NCBI GenBank assembly: GCA_048939015.1
Contig: JBHLPW010000065.1
Coordinates: forward strand, 1-25,678
Direction of reading: 5' to 3'
From: Promethearchaeota archaeon
GTDB taxonomy: Archaea > Asgardarchaeota > Lokiarchaeia > Sigyniarchaeales > SOKP01
DNA length: 25,678 nt
This document shows, piece by piece, positions 25,410 to 25,678 of the stretch; the stretch's first letter is position 1; every line of letters begins with the position of its first letter. The position numbers and the translations under genes are program-made. The notes beneath the pieces are model-generated. The model was not told the origin of the DNA, did not search any database, and was given only the letters and a program-made list of their open reading frames with translations.

Positions 25410-25678
25410 ATGTCTACTAAAGCAAAAAGAAGAATACCTAATGAATTAATAAAGAAATATGAAGAAAATTGGAAAAATCCTATGAAAAAACCATATTTAG
25501 AAAAATTAGTATTAAATATTGGAGTTGGAATTGGAGGACAGGAATTAGAAAAAGCAGTAACTGTTTTAGAAACAATATCAGGCAGGAGACCAATAAAAAC
25601 ACTTTCAAAAAAGAATATAAAGGAATTTAATCTAAGAAAAGGGCGTCCAATAGGGACAATGGTTACTCTAAGAGGAGT
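25410..25678 (+). CDS. rpl5: 50S ribosomal protein uL5, 5' part (runs off the window)
   Basis: ATG at 25410 gives MSTKAKRR...NPMKKPYLEKLVLNIGVG...LEKA...SGRRP...FNLRKGRPIGTMVTLRG; absent from the ORF track because it is truncated. Confidence 0.95.
   Translation, partial: MSTKAKRRIPNELIKKYEENWKNPMKKPYLEKLVLNIGVGIGGQELEKAVTVLETISGRRPIKTLSKKNIKEFNLRKGRPIGTMVTLRG

Overview
AT-rich, gene-dense archaeal chromosomal segment, most likely from an Asgard archaeon (Lokiarchaeia-like). This is inferred from the archaeal-type ribosomal cluster with rnp1 and S4e, Trm1, MptE, RadA-family paralogues and eukaryote-like membrane proteins. In order, the window holds: the end of a Dpp/Opp peptide ABC transporter operon; a DUF362 protein; a block of RNA-modification, repair and transcription genes (TlyA, an RNase H-like/YqgF-like nuclease, RadB-like, Trm1, RlmE, a TFE-beta/RPC34-like Fe-S protein, a second RadA paralogue); MptE; GcvH; an ATP-NAD kinase-family protein; an OSTC/DC2-like OST subunit; PepD interrupted by an in-frame TGA 20 codons before its natural end; a GATase-like/C4HC3 zinc-finger fusion; an M20 hydrolase; a ferredoxin; a DPM2-like membrane protein; ribokinase; a cupin; and the S19-to-L5 part of the S10/spc ribosomal cluster. 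I recognised no tRNA, rRNA, CRISPR array or mobile element. The best candidates for novelty are the DPM2-like and OSTC-like ER-glycosylation homologues, the zinc-finger-fused RPC34/TFE-beta homologue, the GATase-RING/PHD fusion and the in-frame TGA in pepD. All family calls come from motifs recognised by eye, not from database searches.
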